A stretch of 45,941 nt of DNA from an uncultured Fibrobacteraceae bacterium (GCA_964630845.1 CAZVWL010000002.1:1-45941), one strand, 5' to 3'; counted from the stretch's first letter, positions 1 through 8,956 are shown. Program-made: numbers and translations. Notes: generated by a model from the letters alone, not told the origin.

Positions 1-75
1 TGCGGTATGCTGTTTGAAGAATGAGAGTTATGCTAGTGGCGGAGGGGCAGTAACATTCTTCGCGGAATAACACAC

Positions 76-501
76 GTGTTGCAGGCAGGAATTCTAGCAA
101 TTCTCAGCGGACTAGCCGCCCAAGCACTAAAAGTGCTAGTCGAACTCGTGCTGCGCAGACGTTGGCGTCCGCGCCTGTTCTTCGCCAACGGCGGCATGCC
201 GTCATCTCACACGGCGACTGTGGTGACGCTCGCGACGCTCGTTGGTGCAGCGGAGGGGGTCCATGCTCCGGTGTTCAGCCTCGTGTTGGTCTTCGCCGCT
301 TATGTGATCTTCGAGGCGACGGGCCTTCGCCAGGAGATCGGACAGCAGGCCCGCCTGCTGAATGACCTCATGGAGACCCTCCGTCGGACGCACCATCTCG
401 ATGTTCAGGATTTGCGCGAGTTCGTTGGGCACACCTGGGCGGAGGTCGCCGGAGGATTGGTGTTCGGGGTCCTGTTCGCGTTGCCGTTCGTTGGTCGATA
501 G
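76..501 (+). CDS. Divergent PAP2 family membrane protein (DUF212; acid phosphatase/vanadium-haloperoxidase-related)
   Basis: GTG start. The motif block NGGMPSSHTATVVTLATLVG ... FEATGLRQEIGQQARLLN ... VGHTWAEVAGGLVFG matches the GGMPSSHSA / DAxGVR / GHTPxEV pattern of this family. The 141 aa length is typical. Confidence 0.8.
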   Translation: MLQAGILAILSGLAAQALKVLVELVLRRRWRPRLFFANGGMPSSHTATVVTLATLVGAAEGVHAPVFSLVLVFAAYVIFEATGLRQEIGQQARLLNDLMETLRRTHHLDVQDLREFVGHTWAEVAGGLVFGVLFALPFVGR

Positions 502-570
502 TCGCGGAGTCCGAGCTATTTTGGCGGGGAGGCTTTTTTTCGGCCCGTCACTAAAGAATAACGCTAGGGC

Positions 571-601
571 TTGACACCGCGGCGCCTCCTGGTGGTAATC
601 T
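571..601 (+). promoter_or_regulatory. Candidate sigma70-type promoter upstream of the ParA-like gene
   Basis: TTGACA (571-576), a 17-nt spacer, then GGTAAT (594-599). TAATCT at 596-601 is an alternative -10 with a 19-nt spacer. It lies in the 215-nt intergenic gap before the gene starting at 720. Confidence 0.3.
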
Positions 602-719
602 GCAGCAGAACGCGGAGGTGTTCCTTCCGCCTCGCCCAGGTTGAGCCGGATTCCAAGGATGGATGACGAGGCATCCGGGCGCGCAGCAGGCTCCGGCTTC
701 ATGACGAAAGGATTTCGTG

Positions 720-1793
720 ATGAGAGTCATTGCGCTTGCGAACCAGAAAGGCGGCTGCGGCAAGACGACGACGGCGGTCAACCTCGCGGCGACGATGGCC
801 CGGCTTGGCCGGCGGGTGCTGCTGGTCGACAACGATCCCCAAGGCCATGCCACGCTCTCGCTCGGCCTGGGCGAGCGAGATTTCTCCTTGTCGACCTTCG
901 ACCTTTACCTGACGAGCGATATCCTCGTCGAGGATGCGTGCGTGCAGGTCGCTGCGAGGCTGGATCTCGTGCCGGCCGGGATCGAGCTCAGCGCGATCGA
1001 ACCGCGCCTGGCAGGCGTTGCTGGAAGAGAGCATCGCCTTCGCGACACGTTCCGGCGTTCCGAAATGCCCTACGACATCGTGTTGATCGATTGCCCGCCG
1101 GCCGTCGGCATGCTCACGTTCAATGCCCTGCTGACCTGTGGCGAGGTGATCGTGCCCGTCGAGGCCAGCACCTACAGCCAGCAAGCGGTCCGCAAGTTCC
1201 TCGAGACCCTGGACGTCCTTCGCGACCGGCGCGGTCATGAGGTGGTGCCGCGTCTGCTTCTGACCAACTATGACCTGCGCGCGCGGTATTGCCGCACCAC
1301 CCGTGACGAGTTGGAGGCGCAGCATGGACCCAGCGTGCTGCAAACCATCGTGCATCCGACCGTGCGGGTGCGCGAAGCCGCCGCCGCCGGCAAGGCCGTG
1401 ATCGACTTCGATCCGACATGCCGAGCTGCCAAGGACTTCCGGGATCTTGCGCAGGAGATGCTGGAACTGGATGTCGACCTCGCCGTGCCGGCCCTCGACC
1501 ACTGGACGGCGCTGCTGCATGGTCCGGAACAGACGCCCGAGGGGGTGCGATTCGTCGCAAGTTTCCCGCGGGCGGTCGACGTCCGGGTCTCCGGCGGATT
1601 CTGCGACTGGTCGTCGGTTGGCATCCCGCTGGCTAAGCGCGGGGATGGACACTGGGAATGCGTGGTGCCGATCGAACCTGGTGACCACGAGTACCGCTTC
1701 ATCGTCGACGGCACCTGGCTGCCCGATCCTCACAACGCCAGGGCGTGCAGCAACGAGTTCGGCGGCTCGAACAGCTTGGTCTCGGTGTCGTAG
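720..1793 (+). CDS. ParA/MinD-family ATPase fused to a C-terminal AMPK-beta/CBM48-like glycogen-binding domain
   Basis: Deviant Walker A motif in RVIALANQKGGCGKTTTAVNLA, then LLVDNDPQGHAT and IVLIDCPP. The C-terminal ~83 aa (nt 1542-1790), VRFVASFPRAVDVRVSGGFCDWSS...GDGHWECVVPIEPGDHEYRFIVDGTWLPDPHN...FGGSNSLVSV, matches the GxFxxW...G.H.YKF.VDG.W..DP pattern of AMPK1_CBM/CBM48. ATG at 720 is preferred over GTG at 717 because AAAGGA lies 8 nt upstream. Confidence 0.85.
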   Translation: MRVIALANQKGGCGKTTTAVNLAATMARLGRRVLLVDNDPQGHATLSLGLGERDFSLSTFDLYLTSDILVEDACVQVAARLDLVPAGIELSAIEPRLAGVAGREHRLRDTFRRSEMPYDIVLIDCPPAVGMLTFNALLTCGEVIVPVEASTYSQQAVRKFLETLDVLRDRRGHEVVPRLLLTNYDLRARYCRTTRDELEAQHGPSVLQTIVHPTVRVREAAAAGKAVIDFDPTCRAAKDFRDLAQEMLELDVDLAVPALDHWTALLHGPEQTPEGVRFVASFPRAVDVRVSGGFCDWSSVGIPLAKRGDGHWECVVPIEPGDHEYRFIVDGTWLPDPHNARACSNEFGGSNSLVSVS

Positions 1794-2112
1794 GATGACC
1801 TCGCCGAACCCTACCAGTGCGACCGCGGCGGGACGCCATCTTGGCGCGGTCGCCGATGTCTTCTTGCCGCTGGAACGGTCGCCCGCGCGGTCGGCGCCGC
1901 AGGAGGCTCCGGACCTTTGCGCCGCCGCGCCCGGCGACGGCGACACGTCGCGCGTGCTCGCCGTATACGCTTCGTTTGGAGCTTGCGGGCGTTTTCGTGA
2001 TCTCGGGGGAGGCATCGGCGACCGGATCGCGCGCTGGGAAGGTGCCGATCGATCGGCGCCTCCGCTGCCGGCACGGTCGACGTTGCTCTGGTGTCCCCGG
2101 GGCGCCGAGGCC

Positions 2113-2391
2113 ATGACCGTCCGTGGGGCGGTGCTGCTCGGGCGGCTTGGCGCCCTGCTGCGCCCGGAGGCGGTGCACGTGCTCTGGTTGGCAGCGGGGT
2201 CGAGGCCGCCGGGCAGGCGGCCGACGGGCCGGCAGGTCCGGCATGCTGCCCGGCTGGCGTCGGCAGCGATCCCGGGGATCGCGGTCGATGTGCATTGCCT
2301 GGGTTGGCTGGAGTCGATCGAACAGGATGCTCGGAGGTTGTTGATCGGGCAACCGGTGACCCATGATGTCCCGTGGCCGCGGCGCCGATGA
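2113..2391 (+). CDS. Hypothetical small protein (start uncertain, may begin further upstream)
   Basis: The frame is open from before 1793 and has high third-position G+C. Its stop overlaps the next start as ATGA (2388-2391), which suggests translational coupling. No recognisable motif and no convincing RBS. The first in-frame ATG is at 2113; GTG near 1951 and TTG near 1864 are alternatives. Confidence 0.3.
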   Translation: MTVRGAVLLGRLGALLRPEAVHVLWLAAGSRPPGRRPTGRQVRHAARLASAAIPGIAVDVHCLGWLESIEQDARRLLIGQPVTHDVPWPRRR

Positions 2392-2942
2392 GATCGAACC
2401 GGGGATCGCGTCGGCTGGTCGTCGCCGTGTTGGCGCTGGGCGGCGTCGCCGGGTTGGTCGCCGACGGTGCGGGGATCGATCTGGTGCTGGTCGGCGCGCT
2501 GCACTCCGGGAGCGACGTGCGTGAGCTGGCCATGCCCGACGTGGCCCGGCGCGCCCTGATCTGGCCGCACGGCGTGGTCAGCGCGCCGGACTCGGTTGAC
2601 TGGCGCGACGACGGTCAGGGAGGGTTGGTCATCACCCTCGTCGATGACAGCCTGGTGGGGCTGGGTCCCGAGGGGCGCTTCGACCTGTCGCCGGGGCGTT
2701 ACGATCTCGACACGCCGCTGCTGCTGACCGACGGCCGCACCACGCTCTACTTGTCGAGCGGTCGGCTGGACGTGACGGGCGGCCAACTGGCCTACAGCCG
2801 GCCCGTCGTGCGACGCAACCCGCGGGGCGATTTCGCGATCGTCGCCGGGTTGCTGGTCGCCATCACGGTGATGCTGCGCGCGGCGCGTCGCAAACGCGGC
2901 GGCCGCCACGAAGCAGGCGGCGGGAGCAGGCGGGGTTCGTGA
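2388..2942 (+). CDS. Hypothetical protein with an N-terminal signal/anchor and a C-terminal TM anchor
   Basis: N-terminal hydrophobic segment RRLVVAVLALGGVAGLV, C-terminal hydrophobic segment FAIVAGLLVAITVML followed by a basic tail. It has an ATGA overlap with the upstream ORF and a GTGA overlap (2939-2942) with the downstream ligase-like gene. The track ORF starts at GTG 2373. Confidence 0.55.
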   Translation: MRSNRGSRRLVVAVLALGGVAGLVADGAGIDLVLVGALHSGSDVRELAMPDVARRALIWPHGVVSAPDSVDWRDDGQGGLVITLVDDSLVGLGPEGRFDLSPGRYDLDTPLLLTDGRTTLYLSSGRLDVTGGQLAYSRPVVRRNPRGDFAIVAGLLVAITVMLRAARRKRGGRHEAGGGSRRGS

Positions 2943-4309
2943 ACCGGCATGCCCTGGCAGACGGCGCTTATTTCCTGGCGCTGCTGGCGTTGCCCCTGGT
3001 CGGGGTCGACCCGATCCACGCGGTGTCGGGGCACGACCTCGGGGCGGGGTTGCAGCCGGCGTATGCATTGCTGGCGTTCGCCTGGGGCGCGCGCTTGTTC
3101 GATGCGCTTCGCGATCGGCACGGTCTGCCACGGATGCTCGGTTTGAGCCGTGCGGCCGTGGCCTGGTGCGTTGCGGTGGCCGCGGCGTTGCTGCTGTCGG
3201 GGCTCGGCTTGGTTGTGGCGCCCGCGCCGCTGCTCGGGCATGAGGCTTGGCCTCGGTTCGCCCGCCAGATCGTGCAGGTGGGCGTCATGATCGCGTTCCT
3301 GATCTATCCCGCCGCCTGGACCCGCGACACCGATCGTTGGGAGCGCACGGTGCGATTGCTGGCGTGGGCGACGATGGGTCAGCTCGCCTACGCCGTGATC
3401 CAGGGCATCCACGTGATGGTGGGGGTGCCTGGCATGGCCTCATTCGAGCGACTGGTCACGAGCAACCCCGCCATCCTTTCGGGCTCGACCTGGCTCTACC
3501 TCGGCGGGTTCACCGAGTTGCCGCGGCTGCGCGGCACGATGTGCGAGCCGCTCTATCTCGGCAGCTTCCTGGTGGGGGTGTTGCCGCTGCTGGCGTGGTC
3601 GGGACGGCGCCGGCTGGCCGCGGCCGGCCTGCTGGTCTTGCTGCTGACCTGGTCGCGCGCGGCTTGGCTGGCGGCGGTGCCGGCGGCTCTGGCCTGGTGG
3701 ATGATGCGGCGACGCGCGGGCCTGGCGTTCGAGGTGAAGAGAGCCTGGTGGCTTGCCGGTGGCGCGCTCGTGCTCGGCCTGGCCGCCGCCGCCTGGGCGG
3801 CCGGCCCCGAGGCGCTCGGTTGGCCGGCGCGGCGATTGCTGCAGACGCTGGACGCCACGGACTGGTCCAACCTCACCCGGTTCTACAGCATGCAGGCGGC
3901 CTGGCGGGCTTGGCTGGAGTCGCCGATCGTCGGCGTCGGTTGGGGGCAGTTCCCGTATCACTTCTACGCCCTGGTCGACCTCGAGGGGCTGCAGAGCCAG
4001 TTCAACTGGCCGGTCGTCAACAGCTGGCCGTTGCTGGTGCTCTGCGAGGCCGGCCTGGTGGGTTTCTGCGTGCTCGTGGTCGCGTGGCTGGCCTTGGCCA
4101 GCCGGACCATCCGAGCCTTGCGCACCGGTAGCCGGGCTGATCGCGGCCGGCTCGCCGCGGCGGCGGCGGGAGGCTTTGGATTAGGACTTCAACTGCTGTT
4201 CTTCTCCCAGTACAACCTGCCGCATCTGTGGGTCGTGCCGGGGCTCTGGTTGGCCGCGCTCGCCACCAGTGAAGACCATGCGGCCGGGGACGAGGGAGGC
4301 CAGCCTTGA
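2939..4309 (+). CDS. O-antigen ligase / O-antigen polymerase (Wzy_C) family polytopic membrane protein
   Basis: About 10-12 hydrophobic segments. The family-typical motif LLVLLLTWSRAAWLAA (xxSRxxWL) is followed by a periplasmic-loop region. It sits between glycan-synthesis genes. Confidence 0.75.
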   Translation: MNRHALADGAYFLALLALPLVGVDPIHAVSGHDLGAGLQPAYALLAFAWGARLFDALRDRHGLPRMLGLSRAAVAWCVAVAAALLLSGLGLVVAPAPLLGHEAWPRFARQIVQVGVMIAFLIYPAAWTRDTDRWERTVRLLAWATMGQLAYAVIQGIHVMVGVPGMASFERLVTSNPAILSGSTWLYLGGFTELPRLRGTMCEPLYLGSFLVGVLPLLAWSGRRRLAAAGLLVLLLTWSRAAWLAAVPAALAWWMMRRRAGLAFEVKRAWWLAGGALVLGLAAAAWAAGPEALGWPARRLLQTLDATDWSNLTRFYSMQAAWRAWLESPIVGVGWGQFPYHFYALVDLEGLQSQFNWPVVNSWPLLVLCEAGLVGFCVLVVAWLALASRTIRALRTGSRADRGRLAAAAAGGFGLGLQLLFFSQYNLPHLWVVPGLWLAALATSEDHAAGDEGGQP

Positions 4310-5466
4310 AGCGGCCGCTCGTCGTCCTCGACGCGCTGCTGCTGCGTCCGCGCTTGACCGGCGTCGAACGTGTCGTGCTCGAGTGGACGCGCGCCCTGGC
4401 CGCCGAGCCTCGCTTCTGCGATTTCGTGGTCCTGTGCACACACCCGGCGCTGCTCGGTCACCTCGAGGGTGTGCCGGGCTGGCGGGTGCTCGATTGCCCG
4501 GGCGCGCGCGGTGGGGCGGTGCGCAAGGCCATGTGGACCCAGATCGCCATGCCGCCGCTGTTGGGGCGGCTCGGTGCGGATCTGCTGCACAGCTTGCAGT
4601 ACCTGACGCCGCTGAGGGCTCCCTGCCCGGTCGTGGCGACGGTGCACGACCTCAGCTTCCGCCGGCACCCGCAAACCATCGAGGCGCACCGCCGCTACTA
4701 CTACGAATGGCTCGTGCCGCGCTGCTTGAGGCGGGCAGCCGCGGTCCTCTGCAGTTCCCAGGCGACCCTTGCCGAGGCGCGGGCCGAGTTTCCCGACCTC
4801 GCCGACAAGCTCGTGGCGACCGCCTGGGGGACGCCAAGCTGGGTCGCCGGCCGACCGCTCGGGCCGGTCGACCGTGGTCCGCAAGCGCCGTTCCTCTTCG
4901 TCGGCACCCTCGAGCCGCGCAAGAATCTCGAACGCCTCCTGGAGGCGTACACGGCGTTGTGCCGCCGGCGCCAGCAGCGGCGACTGGACGTGCCGCCGCT
5001 GCGGCTGGCAGGCGGTCGAGGGTGGCGCGACCGGGCCCTGCGCCGAGCCCTGGCGCCCTTGCTGGCGACCGGCGGCGTGGTCTTGTTGAATCACTGTGAT
5101 CAGGATCAATTGTGGCGGCAGTACAGTCTGGCGCGCGCCTTGCTCATGCCGAGCCTGCACGAGGGTTTCGGCCTGCCGATCCTCGAGGCGATGGCTGCCG
5201 GCACCCCGGTGCTGACGAGCGAACATGGTGCCATGGCGGAAGTTGCCGGCGACGCCGCCTTGTTGGTCGACCCCTGCGACGTGCCGGCGATGGTGGACGC
5301 CCTGGAACGCTTGGTGGACGATTCGGCGCTGCTGGCCGACCTTGCCGAACGAGGCCGGCGCCGGGCATCGCAGTGGAAGTGGTCGGATACAGCGCGGACG
5401 ACCTGCGAGGTCTACCGGCGATTGCTGGATCGGCGCGATCAGGCTGTGGGCCGCGGGACCAGTTAG
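4306..5466 (+). CDS. Glycosyltransferase family 4 (GT-B, GT1/RfaG-like)
   Basis: FLFVGTLEPRKN, then the EX7E region LMPSLHEGFGLPILEAMAAGTPVLTS. TTG start in a TTGA overlap with the upstream stop. Confidence 0.85.
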   Translation: MKRPLVVLDALLLRPRLTGVERVVLEWTRALAAEPRFCDFVVLCTHPALLGHLEGVPGWRVLDCPGARGGAVRKAMWTQIAMPPLLGRLGADLLHSLQYLTPLRAPCPVVATVHDLSFRRHPQTIEAHRRYYYEWLVPRCLRRAAAVLCSSQATLAEARAEFPDLADKLVATAWGTPSWVAGRPLGPVDRGPQAPFLFVGTLEPRKNLERLLEAYTALCRRRQQRRLDVPPLRLAGGRGWRDRALRRALAPLLATGGVVLLNHCDQDQLWRQYSLARALLMPSLHEGFGLPILEAMAAGTPVLTSEHGAMAEVAGDAALLVDPCDVPAMVDALERLVDDSALLADLAERGRRRASQWKWSDTARTTCEVYRRLLDRRDQAVGRGTS

Positions 5467-5553
5467 AGGTTGCCCGACGGGCGGCGTTGCGATAACTTCT
5501 GGCCGCTCAACGGATCGAGCGACGACGGACCGAAGACCGCAGACGGAGGCGCT

Positions 5554-6840
5554 GTGGAGCGAGGGATCGTACTTCTGGTCAGCTTCGGCGTGGCGTTCGT
5601 CATGTCCTGGCTGGTCCAGCCGCATTTCCGCAACCTGGGATTCTTGACCGAGATCGTCGACCATCCCGGTCAGCGGCGGCCGCACCGCGAGCCGGTGCCG
5701 CGCACCGGCGGCATGGCCATCTTCATCTCGTTCTTCTGCGCGCTCTATTTCCTGGAGAATTTTGTCCTGCGCATGGCGTTGCCCTGGCCCTGGCTGATGA
5801 TCCTCATCGGCGCCGGCCTGGTGATCCTCGCGCTCGGCGTCGGCGACGACCGTTTTGGCATCCACGCCGAGAAGAAGCTCTACGGCCAGTTGCTGATCAT
5901 CCTCGGCCTGATGCTGCTGGGGCAGCGGTTCGACGCGATCCACCTGCCGGTCGTGGGCGGGGTCGCGCTCGGCGGCTGGGCCTGGCCGTTCACGATGTTC
6001 TGGTACCTGGGCTTCATCAATTCGATGAACCTGATCGACGGGCTCGACGGGCTGGCCAGCGGCATCAGCGTGCTGGTGGCGCTGTTCCTGGCGGTGCTGG
6101 CGATGGCGGCGGGCGAGGCGACCTCGGCCCTGCTGGCGATGACGCTGGCCGGTTGCACGATGGCCTTCCTCTACTGGAACGTGAGCAGCCGCAAGATCTT
6201 CCTGGGCGACTCGGGCAGCATGTGGATGGGCCTGGTGCTCGCCACGTTGATGCTGAACCTCAGCCGCAGCGCGGCCATCCCGCTGCCGGTGCTGCTGGCG
6301 CCGATGATCGTGCCCATCTGGGACACCGCGACGACGATCCTGCGCCGATACCGCCGGCGCGCGTCGCTGTTCGAGGCGGACGACAACCACCTGCACCACC
6401 GACTGGTGCGGCTGGGATTCAGCCCGGCGCGCGCAGTGGTCACGCTGCTGCTGGTCACCGGCGGCTCGGGCCTCTTCGCGCTCTCGGACGCCCTGAGCCT
6501 GGCGTGGCTGGGGCTGCCGGCGATGGCCGCCTGGATGGCCGCCGTGCAACTGGGCGCGTTGCAGCATCTGCGTAACCGGAGCGCCGGCTGGGACTTCTTC
6601 TCCGAGCTCTCGTACGCCCTCGGCTTCCAGGACCGCATGGTGGCGCCGGCCGGGCTTGGCGAGCGCCGCGTGGCCGAGGTCATCGACTTGCAGGCCGCGC
6701 GCGAACCGCTGCGCGCGGCCAAGCGCGTCGTGGGGGCCCCGGATGGGGACGCCGCGACGCCGCCTGCGTCCGCGGACAACCAGCGGCCGGAGCGCCGCTA
6801 CGAGGATGCCGTTCTGCCCACTTCCCGGGACGTTCGTTGA
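5554..6840 (+). CDS. MraY/WecA-family polyprenyl-phosphate hexose/HexNAc-1-phosphate transferase, with a ~100 aa C-terminal extension
   Basis: HPGQRRPHREPVPRTGGMAIF, NSMNLIDGLDGLASG and IFLGDSGSMWMG are the signature loops of this family. GTG at 5554 is preferred because GGAGG lies 4-5 nt upstream; the track ORF begins at TTG 5470. Confidence 0.85.
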   Translation: MERGIVLLVSFGVAFVMSWLVQPHFRNLGFLTEIVDHPGQRRPHREPVPRTGGMAIFISFFCALYFLENFVLRMALPWPWLMILIGAGLVILALGVGDDRFGIHAEKKLYGQLLIILGLMLLGQRFDAIHLPVVGGVALGGWAWPFTMFWYLGFINSMNLIDGLDGLASGISVLVALFLAVLAMAAGEATSALLAMTLAGCTMAFLYWNVSSRKIFLGDSGSMWMGLVLATLMLNLSRSAAIPLPVLLAPMIVPIWDTATTILRRYRRRASLFEADDNHLHHRLVRLGFSPARAVVTLLLVTGGSGLFALSDALSLAWLGLPAMAAWMAAVQLGALQHLRNRSAGWDFFSELSYALGFQDRMVAPAGLGERRVAEVIDLQAAREPLRAAKRVVGAPDGDAATPPASADNQRPERRYEDAVLPTSRDVR

Positions 6841-7465
6841 CGACCTGCGTCGCGCGGGTCCTGGCGCCGTGCTCGAACTGGGCAGCGGCGACGGCACCTT
6901 CACGGGGCTGATCCAGGCGCACGCTCCCGATCCGGTGACCCTGGACCGTCGTGGACCGCGGCGCGGCTGTCGGCCGAGCGTTTGCGGCGATGCCTTGCGT
7001 CCGCCTCTGCGCGGAGGATTCGCGGTCGTCGTGGCGCCGAACCTCCTGCGCCACCTGTGGCGGCGCGTGCAGCGGTCAGGCCCCCTCGCCTGGCGCGACC
7101 TCGTGGCGCCCGGGGGATGCCTCTGGATTCTCGAGGATCTGCCCGCCGTCGGTCCGGGTCCGACCGGCAATTACCGGGATCTGCAGGGCCTGCTGGCACG
7201 GCTCGACCCCGCCGGGCGCGGGCCGCTGCTCGATTTGCAGACGTTTCGTGATCGCTGCAGCGCCTGGCGCTGGCCGGGCCGCTGGCGCTCGGGCCGCCGC
7301 GGCAATGCCTGGCCCCTGGACGCGGGCGCGGTGGTCGCCTGGCTTGGGTCCGAGTCGCGCGAGCCGGGCGGCGAGGTCGACCGGCTGGTGAGCGCGATCG
7401 ACCGCGAAGGCCTATCGTGTGGCGACATGTGGTGGGCGCGCTGGCAGCCGGAGGAGACCTCGTGA
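6806..7465 (+). CDS. Class I SAM-dependent methyltransferase (start uncertain)
   Basis: Motif I-like VLELGSGDGTFTG, then CGDALRPPLRGGFAVVVAPNLLRHL (acidic and hydrophobic post-I/II motifs). It overlaps the 3' end of the upstream gene in another frame. Its stop overlaps the next start as GTGA. Confidence 0.6.
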   Translation: MPFCPLPGTFVDDLRRAGPGAVLELGSGDGTFTGLIQAHAPDPVTLDRRGPRRGCRPSVCGDALRPPLRGGFAVVVAPNLLRHLWRRVQRSGPLAWRDLVAPGGCLWILEDLPAVGPGPTGNYRDLQGLLARLDPAGRGPLLDLQTFRDRCSAWRWPGRWRSGRRGNAWPLDAGAVVAWLGSESREPGGEVDRLVSAIDREGLSCGDMWWARWQPEETS

Positions 7466-8805
7466 GCCGGTTGGCGATCCTGATCTGCGTGCTCGGCGGC
7501 GCGATCGTCGCGGGCACCGGCCTGGTCTGGGGGCAGCATCGGACCGCGGTCGACTGGACACGTTCGCGAGGGCTCGTGCTCTCGAGCGATGACTGGGGGC
7601 TTTGCGGGCTGCTGCCGGACACGACGGCGATCGCCGATCTGGATCGCGACGTCCTGGCGCCGGGCAACATTCCGGACGTCTACTGGCACACGACGCTCGA
7701 GGACAGCGCCATGGTCGTGGCGCTGGGCGAGGTGTTGGCGCGACATCGTGGTCGCGATGGGCTGCCGGCGGTCCTGCAGGCCAACTACGTGCTGGCGGCC
7801 CTCGCCTACGATCAGGATGCGCCGGACAGCGCCGCGGCCTGGTCGCTCCACGAGCTGCCGTCTCTGCCGCCGGGCTATGCGCGACCGGGGCTCTGGCAGG
7901 CGGTCGGCGCGGTGCGCGCAGCCGGACTCTGGCATCCGGAGCTGCACGGTCGCCTGCACTACGACCCGGCGATGCGTCGCGAGCGCACGGCCGAGTCGCC
8001 GGCGGTGCAACGGGCGGCCGCCAAGCACATCCTCGCGTTTCCCGGCATCGACACCGCCTGGGAACTGGGCCCCTGGCGAGACGGGCCCACGCTCGACCAT
8101 GAGCTGGACCGCAACCTCGCCGTCTTCGAGGCGCTCTTCGGCGGTCGGCCGCGCTCGGTGATCGCGCCGGACTACCACTGGTACGACGATCACGAGCGGC
8201 GCTGGGTGTCGCGGGGATTGCGCGTGATCCAGGGTCAGCGCCAGCAGCAGCGCGTCGATTGGCAAGGTCGCGAGGGACGATTGCGCAAGGTGGCGCACCG
8301 TGCGTGGACGCGCTGGTGGCATGCCGACCGCACGTACATCGACCGCAACTGCCTCTTCGAGCCGGTCCAGCAATCGCCCACCCATGCGACGACCGAGCGC
8401 GCTTATCGGGACGTGCTGGACGCGTGGCGACGTGGCGAAGCCGCGGTGCTGCAGGCCCATCGTGTCAACTTCGCGCACCTCGACGAGCCGGTGCGCCGGC
8501 ACGGGCTGTCCGAGATCGACGGACTCCTGAGCCGGCTCGTGCGACGCGAGCCGGTTTTCTTGGTCGACGGCGAGGTGGCAGACCTGGCGCGGCGGGGCAC
8601 GTCGTGGTCCGTTCGCGGCGATCGCCTGGTCGTGCGGAACCATACCCGGGCGCGCCGGCTGGTCGCGATTCCGGCCGCGGTCGTGGCCATGGCGAGGCGC
8701 GATCATGAAGAAGCCTCGACCGTGCCGCCAAGAGGCTGGACCGTCAGCCTGGGCCCGGGTGAAACGCTTGTGATCGATGCGTTTAGAGGCCCCTCGGGAT
8801 TATAG
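7462..8805 (+). CDS. Hypothetical N-terminally anchored protein (function unknown; possibly carbohydrate-esterase/deacetylase-like fold)
   Basis: GTG at 7462 is preceded by GGAGGAGA and lies in a GTGA overlap. TM segment LAILICVLGGAIVAGTGLVW. High GC3 coding frame. The deacetylase-fold idea rests only on weak patterns (SSDDWG, HGRLHYD, APDYHWYDD). Confidence 0.65.
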   Translation: MSRLAILICVLGGAIVAGTGLVWGQHRTAVDWTRSRGLVLSSDDWGLCGLLPDTTAIADLDRDVLAPGNIPDVYWHTTLEDSAMVVALGEVLARHRGRDGLPAVLQANYVLAALAYDQDAPDSAAAWSLHELPSLPPGYARPGLWQAVGAVRAAGLWHPELHGRLHYDPAMRRERTAESPAVQRAAAKHILAFPGIDTAWELGPWRDGPTLDHELDRNLAVFEALFGGRPRSVIAPDYHWYDDHERRWVSRGLRVIQGQRQQQRVDWQGREGRLRKVAHRAWTRWWHADRTYIDRNCLFEPVQQSPTHATTERAYRDVLDAWRRGEAAVLQAHRVNFAHLDEPVRRHGLSEIDGLLSRLVRREPVFLVDGEVADLARRGTSWSVRGDRLVVRNHTRARRLVAIPAAVVAMARRDHEEASTVPPRGWTVSLGPGETLVIDAFRGPSGL

Positions 8806-8826
8806 AAAACCATTAAAGTCCAATAA

Positions 8827-8855
8827 TTGACATGTAACCTTTTTTGTGATACAGT
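8827..8855 (+). promoter_or_regulatory. Strong sigma70-like promoter with extended -10, in an AT-rich island
   Basis: TTGACA (8827-8832), a 17-nt spacer ending in TGA, then TACAGT (8850-8855), which gives a TGnTACAGT extended -10. It lies about 100 nt upstream of the ATG at 8957 in a locally AT-rich segment (8806-8860). Confidence 0.55.
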
Positions 8856-8956
8856 CATGCGAGTTGCCACGCTTGCGGTTGGGTCCGTACGGGCTTGCCC
8901 GTGCCGTCGAGGACGTCTCAAACGGTCTATTCTGCCCGGACTTCAGGAGGAAATGG

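Noticed and set aside
1-75. AT-rich 5' end of the window, examined for an RNA gene or promoter
   Set aside because: It is too short and truncated by the window edge. No -35/-10 pair with proper spacing and no tRNA-like structure could be discerned.
502-550. Possible terminator after the PAP2-like gene (GGCGGGGAGGCTTTTTTTCGGCCC)
   Set aside because: It contains a T-run, but I could not pair the flanking arms into a convincing stem.
608-623. GAAC-N8-GTTC palindrome upstream of the ParA-like gene, considered as a Cheo-type SOS box
   Set aside because: The spacer is 8 nt, not the 4 nt of the Gram-positive LexA box. It also differs from the direct-repeat candidate at lexA itself, so it is probably a chance match.
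699-3131. 810-aa ORF on the - strand
   Set aside because: It is antisense to the well-supported ParA and O-antigen-ligase genes. Its composition is extreme in Arg, Pro, Ala and Gly with no motifs. This is the classic stop-codon-poor shadow ORF of high-GC DNA.
4189-7170. 993-aa ORF on the - strand
   Set aside because: It is antisense to the GT4 and WecA-type genes, both of which carry clear family motifs. It is Arg/Pro/Gln-rich low-complexity sequence and a high-GC artefact.
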